A stretch of 64,000 bases of DNA. It comes from Corallococcus exiguus (GTDB lineage: Bacteria; Myxococcota; Myxococcia; Myxococcales; Myxococcaceae). The notes under the pieces were generated by a model. It worked only from the letters and a program-made list of their open reading frames with translations, did not search any database and was not told the origin of the DNA. The translations under genes and the position numbers were made by a program. Where the stretch lies: assembly GCF_017302975.1 (NCBI RefSeq), contig NZ_JAFIMT010000003.1. One strand, given 5' to 3'. How positions within the stretch are numbered: position 1 is the first letter of the stretch; every line of letters starts with the position of its first letter. Shown in pieces: positions 47,360-59,300 of the stretch.

Positions 47360-50300
47360 GGAGACAGCGGACACGGTGGAGCGCATCGCCATCGTCGGCA
47401 TGTCGGGACGCTTTCCGGGCGCTCCCACGCTCGACGCCTTCTGGGACAACCTCCGGCGCGGCGTGCACTCCCGGCGCGAGCTGACCGAGGCGGATCTGGA
47501 GCAGGCCGGTGTGCCCCGTGCCCAGCGCGAGCGGCCGGATTGGGTGCGCGCCGCGTATCCGCTGGATGGGCCCACGCACTTCGACGCGGGGTACTTCGGC
47601 TACAGCCCGCGCGAGGCGGAGGTGCTGGATCCGCAGCAGCGCGTCTTCATGGAGACAGCGCTGGAGGCCCTGGAGGACGCCGGCTACGACCCGGAGCGCT
47701 TCCCCGAGGCCATCGCCGCCTTCGCGAGCACCAGCACCAGCTCGTACCTGTTCCAGGCGCTCCTGCGGCGTCCGGAGCTGTTGCAGACGGTGGGCCTGTA
47801 CAATCTGTCGCTCGCCAACGACAAGGACTTCGTCGCCACGCGCACCTCGCACCGGCTGGGCCTGCGGGGGCCGAGCGCCACCGTGCAGACGGGCTGTTCC
47901 AGCGCGCTGGTGGCGGTGCACCTGGCCTGTCAGAGCCTCTTGTCGGGCGAATGCGAGATGGCGCTCGCGGGCGGCGTCTCCGTGGCGTTTCCGCAGACGG
48001 CCGGGTACGCGTACCAACCAGGGATGATCATCTCCCCGGACGGGCTGTGCCGCGCGTACGACGCCCGCTCGCAGGGCACCATCTTCGGCTCGGGCGTGGG
48101 CGTGGTGGTGCTCAAGCGCCTGTCGGAGGCGGTGCGGGACCGGGACACCATCCACGCGGTCATCCTGGGGTCGGCCGTCAACAACGACGGCTCCGCCAAG
48201 GCGGGCTTCACCGCGCCCAGCGTGGAGGGCCAGGCGGCCGCCATCGCGGAGGCGCTCGGCGTCGCGGGCGTGGAGCCGGAGGATGTGCAGTACGTGGAGG
48301 GGCACGGTACGGCGACGGCCCTGGGCGACCCGGTGGAGGTGGCCGCGCTCAACCAGGCCTTCGGCGGCGCGCGCTCGGGCACGCGGCGCTGCGTGCTGGG
48401 CACCGTGAAGGCGAACATCGGCCACCTGGACTCCGCCGCGGGCGTGGCGGGGCTGCTCAAGACGGTGCTGGCCCTGAAGCACGCGGTCATCCCCCCCACG
48501 CCTCACTTCCAGCAGCCCAACCCCGCCATCGACTTCGACGGTGGCCCCTTCTTCGTCACCGCCGAGCCCAGGCCGTGGGACGGAGCGGTGAAGCGCCGGG
48601 CCGGGGTCAGCTCGTTCGGCCTGGGGGGCACCAACGCCCACGTGGTGCTGGAGGAGCCGCCGCGCGCGAAGGCCGCCGGCACCCGGCGCGCGTGGCACGT
48701 GCTTCCGCTGTCCGCGCGCACGCCCCGAGCGCTGGAGGAGGCCACGTCCCGGCTCGCCGCGCACCTGGAGCGCACGCCGGGCCTGGAGTTGGCGGACGTC
48801 GCGTCCACGCTCCAGCGAGGCCGCCGCACGCACGAGCACCGGCGCGCGCTGCTCTGCCGTGACCTGGAGGATGCGCGGGCCGCGCTTGCGGATCCACGGC
48901 GCCACCTGGGGGGCTCGAGCGTGAACGCGCGCCGCCCCGTGGTGTTCCTCTTCCCCGGCCACGGCAGCCACCACGTGGACATGGGCCGCGCGCTGTACGA
49001 AGCGGAGCCCGTCTTCCGCAAGCACCTGGACGCGTGCCGAGACGCGCTGGCCCCGCATCTGGGCCAGGACCTGTGCTTCGTGCTGTTTCCGGATCAAGCA
49101 CCGCAGGAGGCGGAGGCGCTGCTGGAGCGGATGACCTTCGCGCAGCCCGCGATGTTCGCGGTGGAGTACGCGCTCGCGCAGCTGTGGCGTTCGTTCGGCG
49201 TGGAGCCGGAGGCCATGGTCGGCCACAGCACGGGCGAGTACGTGGCCGCGTGCCTCGCGGGCGTGTTCTCGCTCCCGGACGCGCTGGCGCTGGTGGCCGC
49301 GCGCGGGCGCCTCATGGATGCGCTGCCTCCCGGCGGCATGCTGTCGGTGTCCCTGCCAGAGGACGCACTCGCGCCGCTGCTGCCACCAGGGGTTTCCGTC
49401 GCGGCGGTGAACGCGCCCGCGCTGGTCGTGGTGGCTGGGCCCTCCCAGGCGTTGGAGGCGCTGGAGGCGACGCTGGCCGCCAGGGGCGTGAGCACCCGGC
49501 GGATCCGCGCCCGGCACGCGTTCCACTCAGAGGCCGTGGCGCCGATGGTGGAGGGCTTCCTCCAGGAACTTTCGCGCGTGCGCCTGTCGCCGCCGAAGCG
49601 GCCGTACGTCTCCAGCCTGACCGGGACGTGGATCACCGCCGCGCAGGCGACGGATCCACGAACCTGGGCGAGCCACCTGCGCGAACCCGTCCGCTTCGCG
49701 CAGGCCGCGACCACGCTGCTTGGGAGCACGGAGCGGCTCTATCTGGAAGTCGGTCCGGGCCAGGCGCTGGGGACATTCGTCCGGCAGTGCGCCCCCCCGG
49801 GCAGTCACCCCACCGCCCTCACGTCGCTGCCGCGCCCGCGCGATGGCCAGGACGCCCACCTGCACCTGACGGAGACAGCCGCCCGGCTCTGGCTGGCCGG
49901 CGCATCCATCGACCTGGCGAAGCTGTACGGCAAGGAGCCCCGCCGCCGCGTTCCACTGCCGCCCTACCCCTTCCAGCGGGAGCGCTTCGACCTGCTCGCG
50001 GTCGCGTCCGTTCCGGGTGCCCGGCTTCCGGCCTTCGCGGTGTCCGAGGTCCCCCGCGAGGACGTCACCCCCGCGCTCGAGTGCGCGGCGCCCACGTGGC
50101 AGCGCGTCGCGGGCGCTCCCGTCCCCCGCTTCGATGATCAGCGCTGGCTGGTGATGGAGGATGCGAACGCGCCGGGAGGAAGCATCGCGCGGCTGATGGA
50201 AGCACGAGGCGCGGATATCCTCGCGCTGGGATTGGACGCGGCATGGGCGCCGCTCGAGGAACGGCTGGCGGCCGGTGGAGGGCCGGACCACGTCGCGTTC

Positions 50301-53300
50301 CTGTGGCCCCTGGCTCCGGCGGAGGGCCCGGGCGCGGTGGACCGCGTGCTTCACGGACTGCTGGAGCTCGCTCGGCGGTTGGGGCCGGCCGCGGCCGCGC
50401 GGCCCGTAACGCTGGCCGTGATCACGTGTGGCGCCCAGGACGTGACGGGCGAGGAGCCCCTCCGCGCCTGGCAGGCCACCGCATCCGGAGTGTGCCGGGT
50501 GCTGGCTCAGGAGTACCCGGGGCTGCGCTGCCGCTCAATCGACGTGAGCCCGCCACGACCCGAGGAAGGTCCACGCTGGTCGGAGCAGCTGGTGGCGGAG
50601 CTGGGCGCGGGCGGGCCGGCCGTGGTCGCGCTGCGCGGACCGCACCGCTTCACGGAGTCGTTCGAACCGGTCGTCCCGCCGCGCACGGTGACATCTCCCC
50701 TGCGCCAGGGCGGCGTGTACCTGATCATGGGAGATCTGGAGGCCGGTGGCCTCGCCCTGGCAGAAGCGCTCGCCACCACCGCGCAAGCGCGGCTGGTGCT
50801 GTTGACCGACACCGTGCCCCAGGCGTCCCATCTGGAGCGCCTGGGAGGTCTCGAGCGCGCGGGGGCCCAGGGCGTGCTCTTCGCGCCGATGGGCGCGGGG
50901 GATCCCGAACCGCTCCTCCAGGGAATGATCGCCGCCGAGGCCCGTTTCGGCGCGATCCACGGCGTCTTCTTCTTGCCGCAGGGCACGGCGGGCGCGGACC
51001 GACAATCCCTGGCGGACGCCACGGCCGAGGCGTGGGCGCCCGTCTTCCGCTCCCGCGTGGGTGTGCTGGGCGCGCTGGCCGGAGCGCTCCAAGGGCGTGC
51101 TCCGGACTTCGTGACGGTGTGCTCGTCGCTGACGGCCGTGGTGGGCGGCGTGGGCCGGGGCGTGCTGGCCGCCGCGCATGCCGCGATGGACACCTTCGCG
51201 GCGCAACAGAACCGGGGCCCGGGCCCACGCTGGTACGTGGTGGACCTCGATGCGTGGCGGGAGGAGGTCATCCCGGTGTGGATGGGCCTGCTCGCCGCCT
51301 CGGGGCAGGGAGGACGCTGGTGGATCTCCCGGGGCCCGCCGCGCGCGGAGGAGCCGGAGGATGGTGGGACGCCCGGGACGGCGCCGGATCCGGCAAGCGG
51401 TTCCCGGGGCACCGGACGGCATCCCCGCCCGTCGTTGGCGACCCCGTACGTGGCTCCCCGTGGCGACAGCGAGCGCCGCGTGGTGGAGCTGTGGCAGGAG
51501 ATGCTGGGCATCGACGCGCTCGGCGTGGACGATGACTTCTTCGAGCTGGGCGGCCACTCGCTGCTGGCCACCCAGGTGCTCGCGCGCGTGAGGTCCGCCT
51601 TCGCCGTGGAGCTGCCCCTGCGCGCTTTCTTCGAAGCGCCCACGCCCGCGAAGCTCGCGGAGCGCGTGGACGCCGCGACTGCTGCTGGCGCTCCCGCGAA
51701 CGTTCTCCCTCCGCTGACGCCCGTGCCTCGCGATGGACAGCCCCTGCCGCTGTCCTTCTCCCAGCAGAGCCTCTGGTTCCTCGATCAGCTCCACCCGGGA
51801 GGCAGCGCCTACAACATGCCGTCCGCCCTCCGGCTGGAGGGCCGCGTCGACACGGCGGCGCTCGAGCAGTCCTTCACGGAGCTGGTCCGCCGGCACGAGG
51901 CGCTGCGCACCACCTTCCACGCGGACGGCGGCGCACCCCTGCAGCGCATCCACCCACCGGCGAACTTCCGGCTGGCGGTGATGGACGTGTCGTCCCACGG
52001 GACTCCCGAAGCGGAGTCGCACCGGCTCGCGGCGGAGGAGCAGCTGCGTCCGTTCGATCTCGCCGCGGGGCCGTTGCTGCGCGCGGTGCTGATCCGGCTC
52101 GCGGAGGCACGGCACGTGCTGGTGGTGACGATGCACCACATCGTCTCCGACGGCTGGTCGCTGGGCGTGCTCGTCCGGGAGATGGTGGCCCTCTACCAGG
52201 CCTTCGCGTCCGGACAGCCCTCCCCGCTGGCCCCGCTGCCGGTGCAGTACGCCGACCATGCCGCGTGGCAGCGCGCGTGGCTTCGGGGAGAGGCCCTGGA
52301 GTCGCGGATCCGCTGGTGGCGTCAGCAGTTGGAAGAAGCCCCCGCGTTCCTGACGCTGCCCACCGACTTCCCGCGTCCACCGGTGGCGTCCTTCCGGGGC
52401 GACGCGGTGCCCGTCGCCCTGCCACGCGCGCTCTCAGAGTCCCTGGCAGCGTTGTGCCAGGCCGAGGGCGTCACCCCGTTCATGGCCCTGCTGGCCGGAT
52501 TCCAGGCCCTGCTCAGCCGCTATTCGGGCCAGGACGACGTGAGCGTCGGCAGCGCCATGGCCGGCCGCCGGTTCGCGGAGCAGGAAGCGCTCATCGGCTT
52601 CTTCGTGAACACGCTGGTGTACCGCACGCGCCTGCACGCGGCCCCCACGTTCCGCGAGCTGCTCGCCCGCGTGCGCGACACGACCCTGGAGGCGCACGCC
52701 CACCAGGACCTGCCCTTCGAGAAGCTCGTCGAGGCGTTGCGGCCGGAGCGGGATCCCTCGCGCTCGCCTCTCTTCCAGGTGAACTTCACGTTCCAGAACA
52801 TGCCCATGGGCACGCTGGAGGCGCCGGGGCTGCGCTTCGAGCCCATCCCCATCGAGGGCGGCACGGGTCGCTTCGACCTGACGCTGGTGCTCACCGACAC
52901 GCCGCGAGGCCTGACAGGCACGCTGGAGTACGCCAGCGACCTGTTCCGCCCGGAGACGGCACGGCGCCTGGTCACCCACCTGCACGTGCTGCTGGAGGGG
53001 GCGCTGCGAAGCCCCCAGCTGCGGCTGTCCGAGCTGCCCCTGCTCACGGACGCCGAGCGCCACGAGGTACTGGTGGACTGGAACGCCAGCGACGCGGACT
53101 TCCCGCGCGAGGCGAGCCTGCACACGCTGTTCGAGGCGCAGGTCCGGAGCACGCCGGAAGCGCAGGCGGTCGTCTTCGAAGCGCAACACCTCACGTACCG
53201 ACAGCTGGACGCGCGCGCCAATCAACTCGCGCACCACCTGCGCGCGCTGGGGGTGGGCCCCGAGGTCATCGTGGGGCTGTGCGTGGAGCGCTCGGTGGAG

Positions 53301-56300
53301 GGCGCGGTGGGAATGCTCGCCATCCTCAAGGCGGGAGGCGCTTTCCTCTGCCTGGATCCCGCCCATCCCACCGCGCGGCTCGCGCTGATGCTGGAGGACT
53401 CGGGGCTCCAGGTGCTGTTGACCCAGGACGCGCTGCTGGACGTGCTGCCCCTGTCCTCGTCCTGCGTGCCGTGCTGTTTCGACGCCGACGCGGCCGCCAT
53501 CTCGCGCCGCCCCACGACGCCGCCGGAGGTGGAGGTCCACGCAGGGAACCTGGCCTACGTCATCTACACCTCGGGCAGCACTGGACGGCCCAAGGGCACG
53601 CTCCTCGCGCACCGGGGGCTGTGCAATTCGGTGCTCGCGGCGGTCCGGGCCCATGCGCTGTCCCCTACGAGCCGCGTCCTCCAGTACGCGTCCCCGACCT
53701 TCGATGCCGCCATCCTGGAGACCTTCGCGCCGCTGCTCGCGGGAGCCACGCTGGTGCTGGCCCCTCGGGAGCGGCTGCTGCCGGACGCGCCGCTGCGCGC
53801 GCTGTTGACCGAGCAGGAGATCACAACGGTCACGCTGACACCGTCGGTGCTGGCGCAGCTGACGTCGGAGGATCTCGCGAGCCTGCGCACCGTCATCTCC
53901 GCGGGCGAGGCCCTGTCTCCGGAAGTTGCCCGGCGCTGGAGCGAGGGCCGCACCCTGCTCAACGCCTACGGTCCCACCGAGGCCACCGTCTGCGCCTCCA
54001 TCACGCCAGGGCCGGTCCACGCCGACGCGCCCGGCATCGGCAAGCCGTGGCCCAACACGCGGCTCTACGTGCTGGATGCGAATCTGCGGCCGGTGCCCGT
54101 GGGCGTACCGGGAGAGTTGTTCATCGGGGGCGTGTGCCTGGCCCGGGGCTACCTGGGCCGTCCAGACCTCACCGCCGGGCGCTTCCTCCCTGATCCCTTC
54201 GGCACCGAGCCCGGCGCGAGGCTGTACCGCACCGGAGACCGCGTGCGCTGGAGGCAGGAGGGAGACCTCGAGTACCTGGGCCGGACCGACTTCCAGGTGA
54301 AGCTGCGCGGCTTCCGCATCGAGCTGGGAGAGGTGGAGGCCGCGCTGCAAGCACATGCGGCGGTCCTCCAGGCCGTGGCGATGGTGCGCGAGGACGCACC
54401 GGGGCTGCCCAGGCTGGTCGCATACGTGGTGGCGAACGGGGACGGGCCTCTGGACGTGGCCGCGCTGCGTGAGTTCCTTCTGCAGCGTCTGCCCGAGTAC
54501 ATGGTGCCCGCGACGCTCGTCGTGCTGGAGGCGTTGCCGCTCACCTCCAGTGGCAAGGTGGACCGAAGGGCCCTGCCTTCACCCGAGAGCCGCGCGAGCG
54601 GCACCCCGGGCTACGTGCCCCCACGCACGCCCACGGAAGAGCGGCTCGCGGCGCTCTGGGCACCGCTGCTCCAGGTGGAGCAGGTGGGCGCGGAGGATCA
54701 CTTCTTCGAACTGGGAGGCCATTCGTTGCTGGCCACCCAGCTCGTCTCCCGCATCCGCGCGGACTTCGGCGTCGAGTTGGCGCTGCAAGCCCTCTTCGAA
54801 GCCCCGACGCTCGCGGCGCTCGCACGCCGGCTGGACGCGGCCCGGCCCGAGGACGCATCGCGGGCCCCGCCCCTGCTGCCGGTGCCACGCACAGGTGCCC
54901 TGCCGCTGTCCTTCGCGCAGCAGCGCCTGTGGCTCATCGAGCAGATCGAACCCGGAGGCACCGCCTACAACATCCCCACGGTCCTGCGGATCCGCGGACG
55001 CCTGGACCGGGGCGCGCTGGGCAGGGCCTTCAGCGGGCTCGTCGAACGTCACGAATCCCTGCGCACCATCTTCGCCACGCAGGACGGCGAGCCCGTGCAG
55101 ATCATCCAGCCCTCCACGGAGTTCGCGCTGCCAGAGGTGGACCTGTCGGACGCTCCGGACTCGGAGCGCGTCCGGCAATGCGCCGAAGCAGAGACCCAAC
55201 GCCCGTTCAATCTGGCGGAGGGGCCGCTGCTCAGAGCCCTGCTGCTGCGAATGGGCGAGCAGGAGCACGTGCTCGTGGTGACGATGCACCACATCGTCTC
55301 CGACGGCTGGTCCATGGCCCTGCTCGTGCGTGAGGTCGCATCCCTCTACGCGTCCTTCTCCTCAGGCCTCGCACCCTCGCTTGCGCCCCTGAGTCTCCAG
55401 TACGCCGACTTCGCCGCGTGGCAGCGGCAGTGGCTGCAAGGCGACGTCCTCTCCCGCCAGCTCGACTTCTGGCGCCAGCAACTCTCCGGTGCTCCTGCCC
55501 TCCTGGAGTTGCCCACCGACAGGCCACGCCCCGCCGTCCAGTCCTCTCGCGGCGCCTGGGTCCCCTTCCATCTTCCTCAGCCCCTTACCTCCAGCCTCCT
55601 CAGCTTCTGCCAGCAGCAAGGCGCCACCCCCTTCATGGCCCTGCTCGCCCTCTGGCAGCTGCTCCTGTCCCGCTACTCAGGCCAGCTCGACATCAGCGTC
55701 GGCGCTCCCATCGCGGGCCGCACCCGCTCAGAAACCGAAGGCCTCATCGGCTTCTTCGTCAACACCCTCGTCCTTCGCTCCCACGTGGAGCCGCACTCGA
55801 CGTTCCGTCAGCTGCTCTCCCACGTGAGGGCCACCACTCTCGCCGCCTTCGAGCACCAGCACCTCCCCTTCGAGAAGCTCGTCGAGGAACTCCAGCCCCA
55901 GCGCTCCCTTCGTCACTCCCCTCTCTTCCAGGTGATGTTCACGCTGAGGAACACGCCGGACGCGGCCATCCAGGTGGAGGGGGGCGCTTCCGCGCTGGAG
56001 TTGAGTCCGGTGGATTCGGAGGTCGTCGCGGCGAAGTTCGACCTGAACCTCTCACTTGCGGAGACACCCGAGGGCCTGGCCGGGGAGATCCTCTACCGGG
56101 CGGACCTGTTCGATGCGGCCACCATCACCCGCATGGGCGAACACCTGCGCACGTTGACGGAGGCCACGCTCGCTGCGCCGGATGCGCCCGTGGGCGACCT
56201 ATCCCTGCTGTCCGCCGGGGAACACGCGCAGGTGCTGGAGGGCTTCAACGCGACCGCGGACGCATTCGTCGCACCAGGCCCCCTGCACTCGATCATCGAG

Positions 56301-59300
56301 GCTCGGGCCGCCCGCCACCCGGAGCGGCCAGCGGTGGCCTGCGCCGGTGAGGTGCTCACGTATGGGGCGCTGGACACGCGCGCCAACCAACTGGCGTGGC
56401 GACTGCGCTCGCTGGGCGTGGGTCCCGAGACGCGCGTCGGGCTGTGCCTGGAGCGCTCGGTGGACATGGTGGTGGCCCTGTTGGGGGTCTGGAAGGCCGG
56501 GGGAGCGTACGTCCCGCTGGAGCCGTCCCAACCCGCGCAGCGGCTACGGACCCTGGTGGAGGAGATCGCCGCCCCCGTCGTCGTGACAGCGTCTCGTCAC
56601 GCGGAGGCCTTCACTTCGCTCGCGGCGCACGTGGTGCGGATGGACACGGACGCGCAGGTGCTCGCGGCCCAGCCACGGGAAGCTCCCGCCCACGGCGCCA
56701 CCGCGCGGTCACTGGCCTACGTCCTCTTCACGTCGGGCAGCACGGGCCGGCCCAAGGGCGTGGCCGTGGAGCATGCCCAGCTCTTCCAGTACGTGCGGGC
56801 CGCCACCGAAAGGCTGCGGCTGGAGGAGTGCGCAAGCTTCGCGCTCGTCTCCACCTTCGCCGCGGACCTGGGCAACACGGTGCTCTTCCCCGCGCTGTGC
56901 ACGGGAGGCCTGCTCCACGTGCTGCCGCAGGAGTTGGCCAGCAGCCCCGCGGAGGTGGCGGCGTACTTCCAGCGCCACGCGGTGGACTGCATGAAGATCG
57001 TCCCATCGCACCTGGCGGCGCTGCTGACGGCGGCCGAGCCCCGCCACGTCCTGCCCCGGAAGAAGCTGGTGCTGGGAGGTGAGTCCTCCTCGCCGGCCCT
57101 GCTGGAGCAGGTGCGAGCGCTGGCGCCGGACTGCGAGCTGTTCAACCACTACGGCCCCACGGAGACGACCGTGGGAGTGAGCGCGGGTCCGGTGGAGGTC
57201 CGGCCCCAGGCACCGGTCCCTCTGGGCCGGGCCCTGGCGCACACGCGGCTGTATGTCCTGGACGAAAGGCTGCGGCCCGTGCCCGTGGGCGTCCCGGGCG
57301 AGTTGTTCATCGGCGGCGCGCAGGTGACGCGCGGCTATCTCGGCAGGCCGGAGCTGACGGCGGAGCGCTACTTGCCGGACGTGCACAGCCCGCTGCCAGG
57401 CGCGCGCATGTACCGCAGCGGGGATCGGGTGCGCTGGCTGCCGGATGGGCGCGTGGAGTTCATCGGTCGCGCCGACTTCCAGGTGAAGGTGCGCGGCTTC
57501 CGTGTGGAGCCGGGAGAAGTCACCGCGGCCCTGAACGAACACCCCGCCGTGCGTGAGGCCTGGGTCGTGGCGCGCGAGGACATGCCCGGGGATGCGCGGC
57601 TGGTGGCCTACGTCGTGAGTGCGGCGGAGCCCGTGCCCACCGGGGAGCTGCGCGCCTTCCTCCAGGAGCGGCTGCCGGCCTACATGGTGCCTGCCGCCTT
57701 CGTGCACCTGGAAGCGATGCCGCTCACCTCGAACGGCAAGTTGGATCGCAAGGCCCTTCCCGCGCCAGAAGACACGACCCGCGAGGCGGCCTTCATCGCC
57801 CCGCGAACGCCCACCGAGGAACGGCTCGCGGCCCTGTGGGCCGGGCTGTTGCGCGCGGAGCGGATCAGCGTGGAGGAGGACTTCTTCGCGCTCGGTGGCC
57901 ACTCACTGCTGGCAACGCAGGTGGTCTCGCGGGTGCGCCAGACCTTCGAGGTGGAGCTGCCGGTGCGAGCGCTCTTCGAAGCGCCCACCGTGGCCGCGCT
58001 CGCGGCGCGCATCGACTCCGCCGCGCGTACGCAGGCCCCTGCCCTGCGCCCTGTTCCTCGTGACGGGGACCTGCCCCTCTCCTTCGCCCAGCAGCGCCTC
58101 TGGTTCATCGACCAGTTGCAGCCGCTGAGCGCCGCCTACCACATGCCCACCTTCGTGCGGCTGGTGGGCCCTTTGGATGAAGCCTCGCTACAACGCGCGC
58201 TGGATGAACTGGTGCGTCGTCACGAAGCCCTGCGCACCACCTTCGTCCAGCACGAAGGCCAACCGCTTCAGCGCATCTCCGCCACGGCGCAGCTGCCGCT
58301 CGTCGTCTTGGAGCCGGGGGCCGTTCCCCTGGAGCCGCAGCTGAGAGAAGAGGCCTCACGACCCTTCCAGCTCGACTCCGGTCCCCTGGCCCGAGCGAGG
58401 CTCTGGCGCCTGGGCCCCACCGAGCACGTGCTCGCGCTCACGCTCCACCACATCGTCTCCGACGGCTGGTCCATGGGCGTGCTGGTGCGCGAAGTCGCCG
58501 CCCTCTACGAGGCCTTCTCCCAGGGCAGGCCTTCCCCCCTTCCACCTCTGCCCGTGCAGTACGCCGACTACGCCGTCTGGCAGCGACAGTGGCTGCAAGG
58601 CGACGTCCTCCAGGCGCAACTGGACTACTGGAAGCACCAGCTCTCTGGCTCCGCTCCGCTGGAGCTGCCCACGGACAAGCCCCGGCCTCCCGTGCAGTCC
58701 TCCCACGGCGCGCAGGTGCCTGTCGTCCTGCCGGCCGAGACGTCCCGTCGAATCAAGGCCCTGGGTCTCCAGGAGGGCGTCACGCCCTTCATGCTGTTGC
58801 TGGGCGCCTTCCAGGTGCTGCTCTCCCGCTACTCCGGCCAGGAGGACATCACCGTCGGCTCTCCCATCGCCGGACGTCAGCGCGGGGAGCTCGAAGACCT
58901 CATCGGCTTCTTCGTCAACACGCTGGTGCTTCGTGCACGCGTTGCCCCCGCCCTCTCCTTCCGGGCCTTGCTCGCGCAGGTGAAGGAGACGGCACTGGGG
59001 GCCTACGCCCATCAGGACGTCCCCTTCGAGCGGCTGGTGGAGGAGCTTCACCCCACGCGCGACATGAGCCGCGCTCCGCTCTTCCAGGTCCTCTTCTCCC
59101 TGCAAGGCGTACCCGGCACGGAGCCCCTTCGGAGCCAGGCCCTGTCGCTGCACCCATTGGAGGCGGACACCGCGACCTCCAAGTTCGAATTGCAGCTCAT
59201 CCTCTCCGCCCCCCCTGAGGGCTTCCGAGGCACGCTCGCCTTCAACACCGACCTCTTCGAAGAAAGCACTGCCTCACGCATGGCCGGGCACTTCGGCCGC

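Noticed and set aside
54230-54370. Suspected compensating frameshifts in the second A domain, seen when reading codons by eye.
   Set aside because: Cross-checking against the ORF track shows the alternative frames terminate exactly where expected if the main frame is continuous. The ORF-track stop and start positions are consistent with an uninterrupted frame. My apparent extra and missing bases came from mis-registering line boundaries, so there is no frameshift.
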